Assembly (NCBI GenBank): GCA_945883775.1
Contig: CAMCYG010000006.1
Span: 1 to 45,998, forward strand
Direction: 5' to 3'
DNA length: 45,998 bases
Source of the DNA: Victivallis vadensis
GTDB lineage: Bacteria > Verrucomicrobiota > Kiritimatiellia > UBA8416 > CAMCYG01
Every line of letters starts with the position of its first letter. The first letter of the stretch is position 1. This document shows positions 36,722 through 45,924 of this stretch, in pieces. The notes beneath the pieces are model-generated. The model made no database searches and was not told the origin of the DNA. It saw only the letters and a list, made by a program, of their open reading frames with translations. A program made the position numbers and the translations under genes.

Positions 36722-37582
36722 ATGAATATCTTTAAATCGGTTGACTCTATCCGGTCCTCCTGTCTTGCTTGCAGGCAAAATGGCCGCACGATTGCCCTTG
36801 TTCCTACGATGGGATACCTTCATTCAGGGCATCTGTCGTTAATTGAAATGGCCCGTAAAGTGGCTGATATAGTAATTGTAAGTATTTACGTCAATCCTGC
36901 CCAATTCGGGCCTGGCGAAGATTTATCCAGGTATCCAAGAGACCCAGAACGGGATATAGAACTATGCCGTAATAGCGCAGTAGATATGGTGTTCATGCCT
37001 GATGATGCAGAGATTTATCTGTCTGGTCATTCTGTGTTCGTGAATGAAGATGTCATGTCAAAAGTCTTATGCGGAAGGACCAGGCCTGTTCATTTCAAGG
37101 GTGTGCTTACTATAGTTGCAAAGTTATTTAATATCATTCAGCCTGACTTCGCGGTGTTCGGACAAAAAGACGCACAACAGGCCAGGCTTATACAGAAAAT
37201 GGTTGCTGATTTAAATATACCTGTGAGCATAATATTGGCGCCTATTGTCAGGGACGTCGATGGACTCGCGCTAAGTTCACGCAACGTATATCTGTCAGCT
37301 GAAGAACGTGAGCGCGCTTTGGCTATACATAGGGCGCTGTTTAGTGCTCTTGCGCTCTACAGGTCCGGGGAGCGCGATACCGGTAAGCTCAAGAATCACG
37401 TCCTGAATATAATAGAGCATAGTCAGCCGAATCTGATCGATTATATTGAAATCCTTGATAATGAAAGATTTGTCGACGTAAAGACAATCACTTCCACTGC
37501 GCTTCTGGCCGTGGCCGTCAAATACGGTAAGACAAGGCTTATCGACAATATTAGCCTATCGCCAGCAGAGGGGATGGAATAA
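36722..37582 (+). CDS. panC: Pantoate--beta-alanine ligase
   Basis: VPTMGYLHSGHLSL, SIYVNPAQF, RPVHFKGV, FGQKDAQQ, GLALSSRNVYL, TRLIDN. Confidence 0.97.
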   Translation: MNIFKSVDSIRSSCLACRQNGRTIALVPTMGYLHSGHLSLIEMARKVADIVIVSIYVNPAQFGPGEDLSRYPRDPERDIELCRNSAVDMVFMPDDAEIYLSGHSVFVNEDVMSKVLCGRTRPVHFKGVLTIVAKLFNIIQPDFAVFGQKDAQQARLIQKMVADLNIPVSIILAPIVRDVDGLALSSRNVYLSAEERERALAIHRALFSALALYRSGERDTGKLKNHVLNIIEHSQPNLIDYIEILDNERFVDVKTITSTALLAVAVKYGKTRLIDNISLSPAEGME

Positions 37583-39253
37583 TTACGTTTTACGCTGAGC
37601 GGCCATGGTCCTGGCATCTACCAGCTGATTGATTATCCTGTCTGGTTGAGCATTCTGTTCAACGAAAACAACCTGATTTACAAATGCCTCGTCAGCTGAT
37701 TCATTGGCATCCGTTATGACTATAAGCCCTGACTCGGGCCTTAGCTTTAGTATGGCTCTAAGTAATGCTGAGGACTGGCTGCCCAGTATTCGTTTGTCGA
37801 TTATTATGGCATGGAGGTCTTTGTCGCTTTCAATCTTAGGCAGGGCCGTCATTAGATTGTCAATGTATTGCGATTGAACACCTATGGTTTTGAGTCGATT
37901 GTCCAATGCTGTCTGTTCCTTCTGGGGCGCAACCAGTAAGACATGCCAGCCCTTGATATAGGCGCTTACTTCTTCAGCAATTGCCTGTCTATCAGTCTTA
38001 ATATCGCGGAGCCTTCCCTGAGGAAGCATTATACGGTATAGCACAGAACCATTGCACCTACGTTCGTCCATATCTCCACCCGCCTCATCAATCAATGATT
38101 TCAGCACAGAGAAGACAACTCGCGGATCAGCCCCTGCTGGGACATCCTTCCAATTGAGGGAATCCATGTCAGTCGCTTCCTGTGTAATCGAAATAAGAAC
38201 AATGCATGCATATTCGCCATTGACCTGGGCGAGGGCACAAGAGCCGGTCTTACGTGCCGAGATCGTAATGAATCCGGCTTTAGGGATAATATCGCATGCC
38301 ATTATACATGTGTTGATAATATGCTGTTCTATCTGAATGCCGCTGGTCCCTATTACGGGGATATCATGGTCGATGGTGCTTGAGATCTTCCATCCAACTG
38401 GCAGTGTCTCGTTGAGGATTTCTATGGCCTTCTCAATATGTGCTGGCAGATATTCGGCCGAACTGCCAGAACTAACAGGCTTTGCAAGCTGAAGTAGCTG
38501 TTCCGATATTGCCACACCACGGTCCGCATTCTTGATAATAGCATCAATAGCAGAATTAACCTCAGATGAATCTCTGGGAAGCCTTTTAAACAAAGATGCA
38601 TATCCGGAAATGGCACAGAGTACACTGTTGAACTCGTTGGCAACACCCCGTGAAATCTGACCTATGAGCTGCAGTCTGGCCGTTTGTCTGGCGCGTAACC
38701 GCTCGGTATTGGCGTTTGTTACATCGCTGATCATTATCAGGCTTATTCCTTCGGCCGGCTGGGATCTAAAGCGCAGAATCCTCAAGAGATGTCCGATCTG
38801 GACTTCTTTCTCCAGTTCGTATTGATCTTCAGAAGTTATTAGTTTGATAATGTCCTTTTCGGATAAGGATGGGAATATCTGGGATATATGGGAATCGGCA
38901 TCTATTCTGACTATCTTTCTTGCTGCAAGGTTTGATCCTGTTATGAGACCTTTGCTGTTGCATGCAATCAGGCCATCTTGAATATAATCCATGGAATTGA
39001 CCATTCGGCTGATTCTTCTCTGGCCTTCAGCAACGGCCGAGAACTCAATGGCCCATAGTCCGAAAGCACCGGCTATGAACATGAATCCGAGTGTTATTGC
39101 CCATACCAGAATGGTTATAATGGTGAATTCGTCATGGCTGGGTACCGATTCGTGAATAAAGGCAAGCGTATGCCACACAGCGATAGTGCATATGCAGAAT
39201 AGGGTCACCAGTAGAATTGCATAACCCCATACTTCTGTTCGTATAAACCTCAT
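37583..39253 (-). CDS. Membrane-bound hybrid histidine-kinase-like protein with degenerate catalytic motifs
   Basis: Two TM helices, PAS-like segment, H box reads GVANEFNSVL (His replaced by Asn), no DxGxG, receiver-like C-terminus. Start taken at ATG 39253. Confidence 0.8.
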   Translation of the reverse strand: MRFIRTEVWGYAILLVTLFCICTIAVWHTLAFIHESVPSHDEFTIITILVWAITLGFMFIAGAFGLWAIEFSAVAEGQRRISRMVNSMDYIQDGLIACNSKGLITGSNLAARKIVRIDADSHISQIFPSLSEKDIIKLITSEDQYELEKEVQIGHLLRILRFRSQPAEGISLIMISDVTNANTERLRARQTARLQLIGQISRGVANEFNSVLCAISGYASLFKRLPRDSSEVNSAIDAIIKNADRGVAISEQLLQLAKPVSSGSSAEYLPAHIEKAIEILNETLPVGWKISSTIDHDIPVIGTSGIQIEQHIINTCIMACDIIPKAGFITISARKTGSCALAQVNGEYACIVLISITQEATDMDSLNWKDVPAGADPRVVFSVLKSLIDEAGGDMDERRCNGSVLYRIMLPQGRLRDIKTDRQAIAEEVSAYIKGWHVLLVAPQKEQTALDNRLKTIGVQSQYIDNLMTALPKIESDKDLHAIIIDKRILGSQSSALLRAILKLRPESGLIVITDANESADEAFVNQVVFVEQNAQPDRIINQLVDARTMAAQRKT

Positions 39254-39340
39254 GGCTGGGATGATTGCATATCGGTAGCGGGAATAAAAGCAGTTTATGT
39301 GCTTCCTTTTGTGGGTGATCGAAACAATTGATGTCCCCAT

Positions 39341-39563
39341 CCAGAGCGGCTCGGCAGAGACGCCTCGCCATACCCATATACCAAAAAGGTAGGGCGAGGC
39401 GCATTGCTATCAAGCTAAGGATAATTCTCTATTAAAAGTCAATATCTGCTCCCATGTGGAGTGCGGTGGCTCGACACCGCTTTTCTCAGTGCAGGCTCGG
39501 CTGCGCACAATACGCGAGCCGAGGCTCGCTACACAAAGCGGCGTCAAGCCGCCGCACTCCAAA
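39341..39563. repeat. REP-like palindromes: CGCCTCGCCATACC/GGTAGGGCGAGGCG pair and GGAGTGCGG...CGCTTT / AAAGCGGCG...GCACTCC doublet
   Basis: 39361-39402, 39457-39483 and 39535-39563; counterparts at 45547-45561, 45827-45853 and 45979-45998. Confidence 0.8.
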
Positions 39564-39739
39564 ATGTCACTAATTTATACTAGTAAAGTCCAAACTCCAG
39601 TCGGCGCATGACACATGCGCCGCTACAGACAGAAAAACCTTCCTCACTGTAGCTGAGCTTGTGTCAAGCTCAGGTCTTTTCCGCCGGCGCGTGATACCAT
39701 CCTTCGTCAAAGCACTGCGGCATGGCAAGCATGCGACGC
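39537..39739 (+). repeat. ~200-bp composite repeat, left copy (inverted relative to 45614-45853)
   Basis: Long near-identical blocks, e.g. CCAAACTCCAG.CGGCGCATGACACATGCGCCGCTACAGACAGAAAAAC.TTCCTCACTGTAGCTGAGCTTG|TGTCAAGCTCAGGTCTTTT. Confidence 0.92.
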
Positions 39740-39741
39740 AT

Positions 39742-39778
39742 AAACAAAAACGGGGGAAAGGTTTGATCCTTTCCCCCG
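39742..39778 (-). terminator. Rho-independent terminator of the pil/secretin operon
   Basis: CGGGGGAAAGG...CCTTTCCCCCG stem followed on the minus strand by TTTTTGTTT. Confidence 0.85.
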
Positions 39779-39800
39779 AAATATTGTCTGGTGAATACTA

Positions 39801-41804
39801 CTACTCTTTGTTCTTTAGCTTGGCGCGGACCTTCTTGGCCTGCTTTGATATCGCCTTGTCAGCGTCAGCTCTTGCTGCGTCGACTTCAGCGTTATATCTG
39901 CTCTTTCTTATCTCTTTCTCTATCATTTTCTTTTGGGTCAGTTCCGTGTCCTCTGGAAGACCTGTGTCATTTCTGATATCACTAGGTGCAGCAATCGCCA
40001 CAGTAACGAATATTATTGTTTCTGCTTGTGACTTAACGTCTGAGGTGTGTGTGAACAGGTACTTGCCGATGATAGGTATGTCGCCCAGGATAGGCACCTT
40101 GGTGACGGTTTCGCGATCATTGGCGTCAGTCAGTCCACCTATTGCAACCGTCTTTCCACTCTCAAGACAGAAGGTGGTCATGATTTTTTTGGTGGAGATG
40201 ATCGGGTAAGTCTGTCCGTCGGGTGCGACTGCGTTTCTCACAAAACGTGTAAGCTCAGGTTCGATTTTTACCGTTATGTTGCTTTGTGTATTCACGGTTG
40301 GTGTGACCGTCAGCTTAACGCCAGTATCAACGGGTTCGCCCGGGTTGTACGTGACAATAGGTGCTATTCCCTGCTGTCCGGCCGTTGAGCTGGACACAAA
40401 AGGTTTTTCGCGCTCACCGATGTGTATTGTGGCTTGTTCTTCGTTCGCAACAAGTAATTTCGGGTTTGATACCACGCTGACCCCGTTCATTTGTTTTAAT
40501 GCGCTCAATATGACGTTGAAGTCAGCCGCTCCCAATACAGCAGATTTAGCTGCAGTAACCGTGCTTACATAGCCGTCTTCTATGTCTCGAGTAACTTCTT
40601 TTCCTGTGTCAATGGTATCGGAAACAGTACGTGTCGGCATTTGTCTAAGCGCAGGAAGCGCTGTCGCTGCAGACGCTGATGCTGGTGGGGTTATATATTC
40701 TTCGTCGACATATTGTGCCCCATAGAGGTCGTAGGTTTGATCAATATTATCAATTTTATTTCGCTTGTCCCATTGCTTGGATGCATCTTTATTGCTCTGA
40801 TTCCATGTTTCATCTTTATTATACTTGTACAAAAGACTGCTCGCGTTCAGGTTGTACCCCTGCAGTGACTGCCAGTTGATTCCAAGGTCTTTCTGCGCAG
40901 AGTCCGTCAGTTCCATGAACTTGGCTTCTATGAACACCTGCTCGCGAATGGTGTCGATTGCCGCCACAAGATTCTCTATCTCGCTTTGATTTGCGCTTGT
41001 TGTCTGGACGACTAGAGTATTCCTTGACGGAAACGTCGATACTTTGCCGGGAGGTGGAACCATTGCTACGACTGTCGGCGCGATATTCGATACCGATGCA
41101 TATTTAAGAGCATAGGTCTTTACGATAAGTGGTTCAGGACCAGTTCCTTTTGCTGTTATTGTATAGACCTGTGATCCCGGGATTTTCTCAATCAGGCCCA
41201 GGCCGTTCATGTCTAGAATTGATTCCAGTGCCGGTTTCCAGTCCACGTTGCTCAGGTTAACGTTTACCCTGCCGACCAGATTGCTTGGTGTGTACATAAT
41301 GTTTGCGCCGGAAATGCGAGTGAACATTTTCACTGCATCAACAAGGGCGACATCATCAAGACTGATGCTTATAGTTGCATCTGCATTCTCGGGGACCGCG
41401 GGTGCGGATCCGATTGGTGCGTCTTTGTCCTCGTCTTTTGTTGGAGCTAGGAATATTGATCCATCGGTCTGTGCAGGTGCCTGTTCGGTAGCTACTGCAG
41501 GAGCAGTAGCCTCTACAGGTTTAGTCTGTTCAGCTGTGGCAACTGGTTGTTCAACCGCAGGGGGCGGAAGTGCGGCTTCAGGTGCTACTGATGGTTGCAC
41601 TGCTGGTACAGGGGCCGATGTTTCAGTTGCGGCAGGTGCAGGGGCTACTGCTCCGTCTGTAACCTTTACAGCAGAGGTGCCTTCCGTTACGGGGGCCTGT
41701 GTCGCAGGACCCTCATTCTGCTGTGCAAGCACTAGCATCGTGCTAAGAGCGGCAAGCACCGTCCCAATCGTTATTAACAATATCGGCTGTTTGTTTTTCT
41801 TCAT
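39801..41804 (-). CDS. pilQ: Secretin (PilQ/GspD family)
   Basis: N0-like ISISLDDVAL...WKPALESIL, N3-like YALKYAS...NTLVV, QVFIEAKF, SNPKLLVANEEQATIHIG, GVKLTVTP, KVPILGDIPIIGKYLF. Confidence 0.9.
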   Translation of the reverse strand: MKKNKQPILLITIGTVLAALSTMLVLAQQNEGPATQAPVTEGTSAVKVTDGAVAPAPAATETSAPVPAVQPSVAPEAALPPPAVEQPVATAEQTKPVEATAPAVATEQAPAQTDGSIFLAPTKDEDKDAPIGSAPAVPENADATISISLDDVALVDAVKMFTRISGANIMYTPSNLVGRVNVNLSNVDWKPALESILDMNGLGLIEKIPGSQVYTITAKGTGPEPLIVKTYALKYASVSNIAPTVVAMVPPPGKVSTFPSRNTLVVQTTSANQSEIENLVAAIDTIREQVFIEAKFMELTDSAQKDLGINWQSLQGYNLNASSLLYKYNKDETWNQSNKDASKQWDKRNKIDNIDQTYDLYGAQYVDEEYITPPASASAATALPALRQMPTRTVSDTIDTGKEVTRDIEDGYVSTVTAAKSAVLGAADFNVILSALKQMNGVSVVSNPKLLVANEEQATIHIGEREKPFVSSSTAGQQGIAPIVTYNPGEPVDTGVKLTVTPTVNTQSNITVKIEPELTRFVRNAVAPDGQTYPIISTKKIMTTFCLESGKTVAIGGLTDANDRETVTKVPILGDIPIIGKYLFTHTSDVKSQAETIIFVTVAIAAPSDIRNDTGLPEDTELTQKKMIEKEIRKSRYNAEVDAARADADKAISKQAKKVRAKLKNKE

Positions 41805-41822
41805 AGTAGTATTCTCCGTTGA

Positions 41823-42482
41823 TTAATTTATGTGGTTGGCTGGGGTGGTCTTTTGAGTGCCGTTGGCATCTATTAAGGTAATGGTGTTGGTTCCGATGGT
41901 CACGCCTAGACTTGTATATGTAACGGTTGTTCCAGTCGCTCCGATTGTCCCTAGCGCAGTGTTATTTACGTACCAAGTGAATGGTGCAGTTCCGCCAGTT
42001 GCCGTTAATGTGCGCGTCCCTGCAGCGGGTGGGGTGATGTTTAGCGGGCTTGGTGTAATTGAGAGTGCGACTGTATTTGTATAGTTGATCGCTGCCGATG
42101 CGCGAACGCCTTTGTTGTCTTGTACGATAATCTCATTCTTGGCTATCGTTGCAACAGTGTAAGTTGCATAGTGTGTGTTTTCCTGCACTGAAACCGTGCC
42201 TACTGCAGTATCAGTTACTGACCAAGCATATGGGGTTTGTCCTCCTTGAGCGGTAAAGGTGATCTTTTCGCCGACTCTGGAGGCAGTGGCTCCACTAGGG
42301 GTCAGTTGAATCTCTTGCTCTGAGGCAATTGTGTCGTATGAGTCCCTGCTTTCGGACGCGAAATCATTGGTCAGGTCGCCGCTGAGATCGGTGTCTTTTG
42401 AGTCTTCACATCCCTGTATCATAAGTAGACCTAGTCCTGCGGCCATGACGGACAACATCATTATTAACCATTTATTTCTCAT
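41823..42482 (-). CDS. Lipoprotein with two Ig-like repeats
   Basis: Lipobox-like IQGC; repeats FTAQGGQTPYAWSV / LTATGGTAPFTWYV. Confidence 0.8.
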   Translation of the reverse strand: MRNKWLIMMLSVMAAGLGLLMIQGCEDSKDTDLSGDLTNDFASESRDSYDTIASEQEIQLTPSGATASRVGEKITFTAQGGQTPYAWSVTDTAVGTVSVQENTHYATYTVATIAKNEIIVQDNKGVRASAAINYTNTVALSITPSPLNITPPAAGTRTLTATGGTAPFTWYVNNTALGTIGATGTTVTYTSLGVTIGTNTITLIDANGTQKTTPANHIN

Positions 42483-42530
42483 TGCTTCTCTCCTTGTTTA
42501 CTTCAATTTAGTCAAAATCCTCACAGAGTC

Positions 42531-42603
42531 CATAATCCGGTGAGACACCGGAACTACATTAAAGCCTTATCTAACAAAATTCTCGATGAGACATCGGGAC
42601 TAC
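42531..42603 (-). repeat. Two direct GTAG-type REP-like hairpins
   Basis: Minus strand GTAGTCCCGATGTCTCATCGAGA (from 42603) and GTAGTTCCGGTGTCTCACCGGA (from 42557). Confidence 0.7.
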
Positions 42604-42605
42604 TT

Positions 42606-43097
42606 TCACAGTGCTATCCTGACATCCAGCTGTTTCATCTTTACGCCGGCCTTACGTATCTCTTCTATTTTCCAAGAGAACTGGTAGCCATCCTTTTTGA
42701 TCTTTATAATATTTCCAGTCTCGATCACGCCTATGCCGTCGATAAGAGCAATATATGTGCCGTCCTTTGTTTTATTGATGCTGCCGACTTTAAGGACGGG
42801 CCACTTGGCTTCTATCTTCTTTTTCTTGACTGCCGCTGAGTCACCTGTGGCGCTGTCAGCTACCTGAGCGGGAAGTACTTTTCCCTGAGGAACATAACCT
42901 TTAGGCCAGAACGGGTCGCGGGATGTGTCGTCGATTAGTGCAATAGTATTCGTTGCGACAGGTTCGGCTGCAACAGGTGTGGCGGCGGCTGACTCAGCCT
43001 TGTTTGTGGCTGCAGGGGCGGGGACTGGATCTTCGGCAAACGCCGAAATTGACAGCATCGCAGTCATTAGTATCGCCACGGTATATCTATTAGCCAT
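42606..43097 (-). CDS. PilP-like protein
   Basis: Signal peptide, low-complexity linker, RDPFWP, then ALIDGIGVIETG beta domain; located between pilO and the secretin. Confidence 0.65.
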   Translation of the reverse strand: MANRYTVAILMTAMLSISAFAEDPVPAPAATNKAESAAATPVAAEPVATNTIALIDDTSRDPFWPKGYVPQGKVLPAQVADSATGDSAAVKKKKIEAKWPVLKVGSINKTKDGTYIALIDGIGVIETGNIIKIKKDGYQFSWKIEEIRKAGVKMKQLDVRIAL

Positions 43098-43109
43098 AAG
43101 ACACCATCT

Positions 43110-43748
43110 CTATTGTTTAGGTTCGGTCTCCTTGAGCATTTCCTCGAGCTTTATCGGGAACTCTGGATCAGTCCAAATAGGCCACTGTATATCAACTGTA
43201 ATAATATGATTCATGGGGTCGGTGTTTTCCTGGCCTGATATGTTTACGGCTGTCACTGATATATAAGGGTTTGCTGTCTCGATCTCTCTGAGGAAATAGA
43301 GCAATTTGTGCGCTCCGGATTTCATCGTTACCCTGAGGCTGTACCCTTTCAAGATGCCTGCTGTGCCTCTGAATGGTATGTCGGTGATTCCTGCTTCTCG
43401 CGGAGGTTCGATCTTGATGTCCATCTTCTTCGCCTGTGTCTCTACAATCTCGCGGGCTTTGAGTTGGTAGTTGCCCAGTACGGGCGGAAGGACATACTTA
43501 TTGGAGAAATCGATCATTTCTGTGAGTAACTTCCGGCGCGCGAGCCTGTCTGGCTCCGTCTGTTTGATGTCGATGTCGGCTTTCTTGATAGTGTCTTTTA
43601 GCGTGGTGATAGTGGCAACTTTCTTTTCCTGCGTCGCCTGCATGGGTTGGACGACAAACATGAATATGAGTACGATTGCGGCTATTACTCCGACAGCTAT
43701 CCCAGCGTATATCTGCATTTTTTGTTTTGGGTCTGTGGGGAATTTCAT
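43110..43748 (-). CDS. pilO: PilO/GspM-like protein
   Basis: N-terminal TM, coiled coil, LLYFLREIETANPYISV; synteny. Confidence 0.7.
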   Translation of the reverse strand: MKFPTDPKQKMQIYAGIAVGVIAAIVLIFMFVVQPMQATQEKKVATITTLKDTIKKADIDIKQTEPDRLARRKLLTEMIDFSNKYVLPPVLGNYQLKAREIVETQAKKMDIKIEPPREAGITDIPFRGTAGILKGYSLRVTMKSGAHKLLYFLREIETANPYISVTAVNISGQENTDPMNHIITVDIQWPIWTDPEFPIKLEEMLKETEPKQ

Positions 43749-44350
43749 TCGAATTTCCTGGGCTCAAATTGACAATCGATCTGGAATATTCGGTCTGTTT
43801 TCTCTGCCGTTGGCGAGTCATCGCCTTTAAAGACAGGAACTTCGACTTTTACCAGTAAAGGGTCAAGATAGACGTTTGCAGACAGCCGTTTTCTCAATGC
43901 AAGAACGCTGCTTTCTGCTTCCTCGCCATAAGATCTGCCTTTGATGACTATGCTGTAGGTCCGTGTTCCATTGGGCTGCAGGCTTTCGTTAAGCCTCAGT
44001 AAGTCGAATTGTACATTGGACTGAGTCTCTTTGATGATCTCGGAAAGTACCTTGCAGATGTCCAGGTGTGTTTTCTTCCAGGCCAAAGTCGCGGCGCTCA
44101 TGTCGTTATTTTGAGCAAGAAGGCCACGAAGCAGTACAGCGGCCTCCTGCTTGGGTTTGTCTATGGCCCATTGCTGTTCAAGAGCGGAAAGTTCGGAATT
44201 CGTTCTCCATATCTTTGTGCCAGCCAGCCCGATTATCGTTAGCAGTATAAGCGGCACCGTGATGCAGGAGATGCGCAATATCATCTTTCCGCTCAAAACG
44301 CTGGCGCTTCTCTGCTCAGTCGCTAATATCAGGTCGATTCTTAAGTTCAT
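43745..44350 (-). CDS. pilN: PilN-like protein
   Basis: MNLRIDLI start (INLL-like PilM-binding motif), TM, coiled coil; follows pilM. Confidence 0.72.
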   Translation of the reverse strand: MNLRIDLILATEQRSASVLSGKMILRISCITVPLILLTIIGLAGTKIWRTNSELSALEQQWAIDKPKQEAAVLLRGLLAQNNDMSAATLAWKKTHLDICKVLSEIIKETQSNVQFDLLRLNESLQPNGTRTYSIVIKGRSYGEEAESSVLALRKRLSANVYLDPLLVKVEVPVFKGDDSPTAEKTDRIFQIDCQFEPRKFE

Positions 44351-45447
44351 GTTTCCTCAAATGTAGCAAGACATGCGCCCAAGGCTGCAGCAAAGCGCCA
44401 TTCCTGCCCCTTAAATTTCTCGTCCATCGCGTCAGGTGCCATATTCAAGCCGGCAAACGGATTCCATGTCAATATCTCTATGCCCATTGCTGAATTTAAC
44501 TCGGCGATAGCGTCCCTGGATACAACAAGCCCGCCTGCTATGTACATCTTGAGGACGTGGCAGTTCTCCCGTCTTTCTATGAAATCTTTGGATACCGTGA
44601 GTTGTTTAATGAACGGATCCATGACGTCGCTGATTGCCTGAGAGATATCAAATGCTCCGTCTGCTATTATACCTTGCGCAGTTTCCTGGTCGACGCCAAG
44701 AGCTTCCTGCACTTTCTCTATAATGGTTGCTGTTCCGAAATCGAAGCGCCGTATAAGAGAAAGAACCCCTTTGTTGAATATAGCGTAAGTTGTAGTCGTT
44801 GTCTCAAATTCGAGGACGCCGATTGCTTCTTCTGCGTGCTGAATGGCGGCTGTCGTCATAAATGATGTCAAAGTTGCAAGACCTGCCACCTCAATGGAGA
44901 ACGGTGCTGGCAATCCGGCAGGGGTAAGCATCGGGGCGATGATTGCATCCCGTTCCGGCAGGGCGACAGCAAGTACCTTTGTTTCGTTCTTTCCGTGGCC
45001 CTCCACGAGGATCTTGTATCCTATCCTGTACAGGTTTGGATCATCCAGGCCTAGACTGCTAATGACTTTTTCCTCGGCTGCGGCATCAAATGCGCCCGGT
45101 AAGCTTACCAGCTTGACCACAGCCGAATTGCCGGTAACGGTGAATGCGGCATATTTGCCCCGTATTCTAGCCGGAAGCTCAATTGGGGTTACGTTGAAAG
45201 TGGGCAGGGCGGCAACAGTATCAGTTTGCTCCTTTTTGCCAACGGGTGCAGCTGCAGGTGCCAGCGGTTCAGTGACTTGGATCACAGGCGGGGGAATTAC
45301 ATCTACTGCTGTTATTATTGTTTCAGTCTCGGAGATTTTCTTCATCCGGACTATTTTGATAGAGGTAGATCCGATGTCTATGCCTACGACATCATTCGGC
45401 TTCCTCTTAAACTTATCCAGCAACTCTTTTATATTCAACTGGTTCAT
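44347..45447 (-). CDS. pilM: Type IV pilus assembly actin-like protein PilM
   Basis: VVGIDIGSTSIKIV, MYIAGG, WNPF, FAAALGACL. Confidence 0.88.
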   Translation of the reverse strand: MNQLNIKELLDKFKRKPNDVVGIDIGSTSIKIVRMKKISETETIITAVDVIPPPVIQVTEPLAPAAAPVGKKEQTDTVAALPTFNVTPIELPARIRGKYAAFTVTGNSAVVKLVSLPGAFDAAAEEKVISSLGLDDPNLYRIGYKILVEGHGKNETKVLAVALPERDAIIAPMLTPAGLPAPFSIEVAGLATLTSFMTTAAIQHAEEAIGVLEFETTTTTYAIFNKGVLSLIRRFDFGTATIIEKVQEALGVDQETAQGIIADGAFDISQAISDVMDPFIKQLTVSKDFIERRENCHVLKMYIAGGLVVSRDAIAELNSAMGIEILTWNPFAGLNMAPDAMDEKFKGQEWRFAAALGACLATFEET

Positions 45448-45613
45448 ATGTTCCCAACCTGAGCTTTATAATATAAATATTCTTTAAATGATGCACAACA
45501 ACAAAATTTATAAATATTTGGTCGGGGGGGGTGGGGGGATAAAAGGGCGCCTCGCCCTACCATGCCTAACAAACTAAGGCGTTTATACTGCGAAATGCTG
45601 AAATTGAGCAAAT

Positions 45614-45853
45614 TGTAGCGGCGCATGCTTGCCGGTCTGTAGTGCTTGGACGAAGGATGGTGTCATGCGCCGGCGAAAAAGACCTGAGCTTGACACCAGC
45701 CGTCGCCAAGAGGCTATGGCCTGGCAAGCAAGCTCAGCTACAGTGAGGAAAGTTTTTCTGTCTGTAGCGGCGCATGTGTCATGCGCCGGCTGGAGTTTGG
45801 CTTGCAACTAGTATGAAACAATGGAATTTGGAGTGCGGCGGCTTGACGCCGCT
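45614..45853 (-). repeat. ~240-bp composite repeat, right copy, with an extra 33-bp insert
   Basis: Reverse complement aligns with 39537-39739 apart from the insert 45696-45728 and scattered substitutions. Confidence 0.92.
45696..45728. mobile_element. 33-bp mini-insertion CCAGCCGTCGCCAAGAGGCTATGGCCTGGCAAG
   Basis: Absent at the homologous junction 39661/39662; no target duplication. Confidence 0.88.
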
Positions 45854-45924
45854 CTTTCTTGCAAACAGGCTTGACTGGTTGCGAAACAGGCAAATATGAT
45901 TGTAATTAGTTGAAAGAGAAAGAT

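Noticed and set aside
39457-39739. Hairpins as integron attC sites or a tRNA/ncRNA gene
   Set aside because: No RYYYAAC/GTTRRRY ends, no integrase and no cloverleaf; explained as REP-like repeats.
39661-40209. 182-aa plus-strand ORF, and small ORFs at 45583-45991
   Set aside because: They start in repeat sequence and run antisense to the secretin or stay within the repeat.
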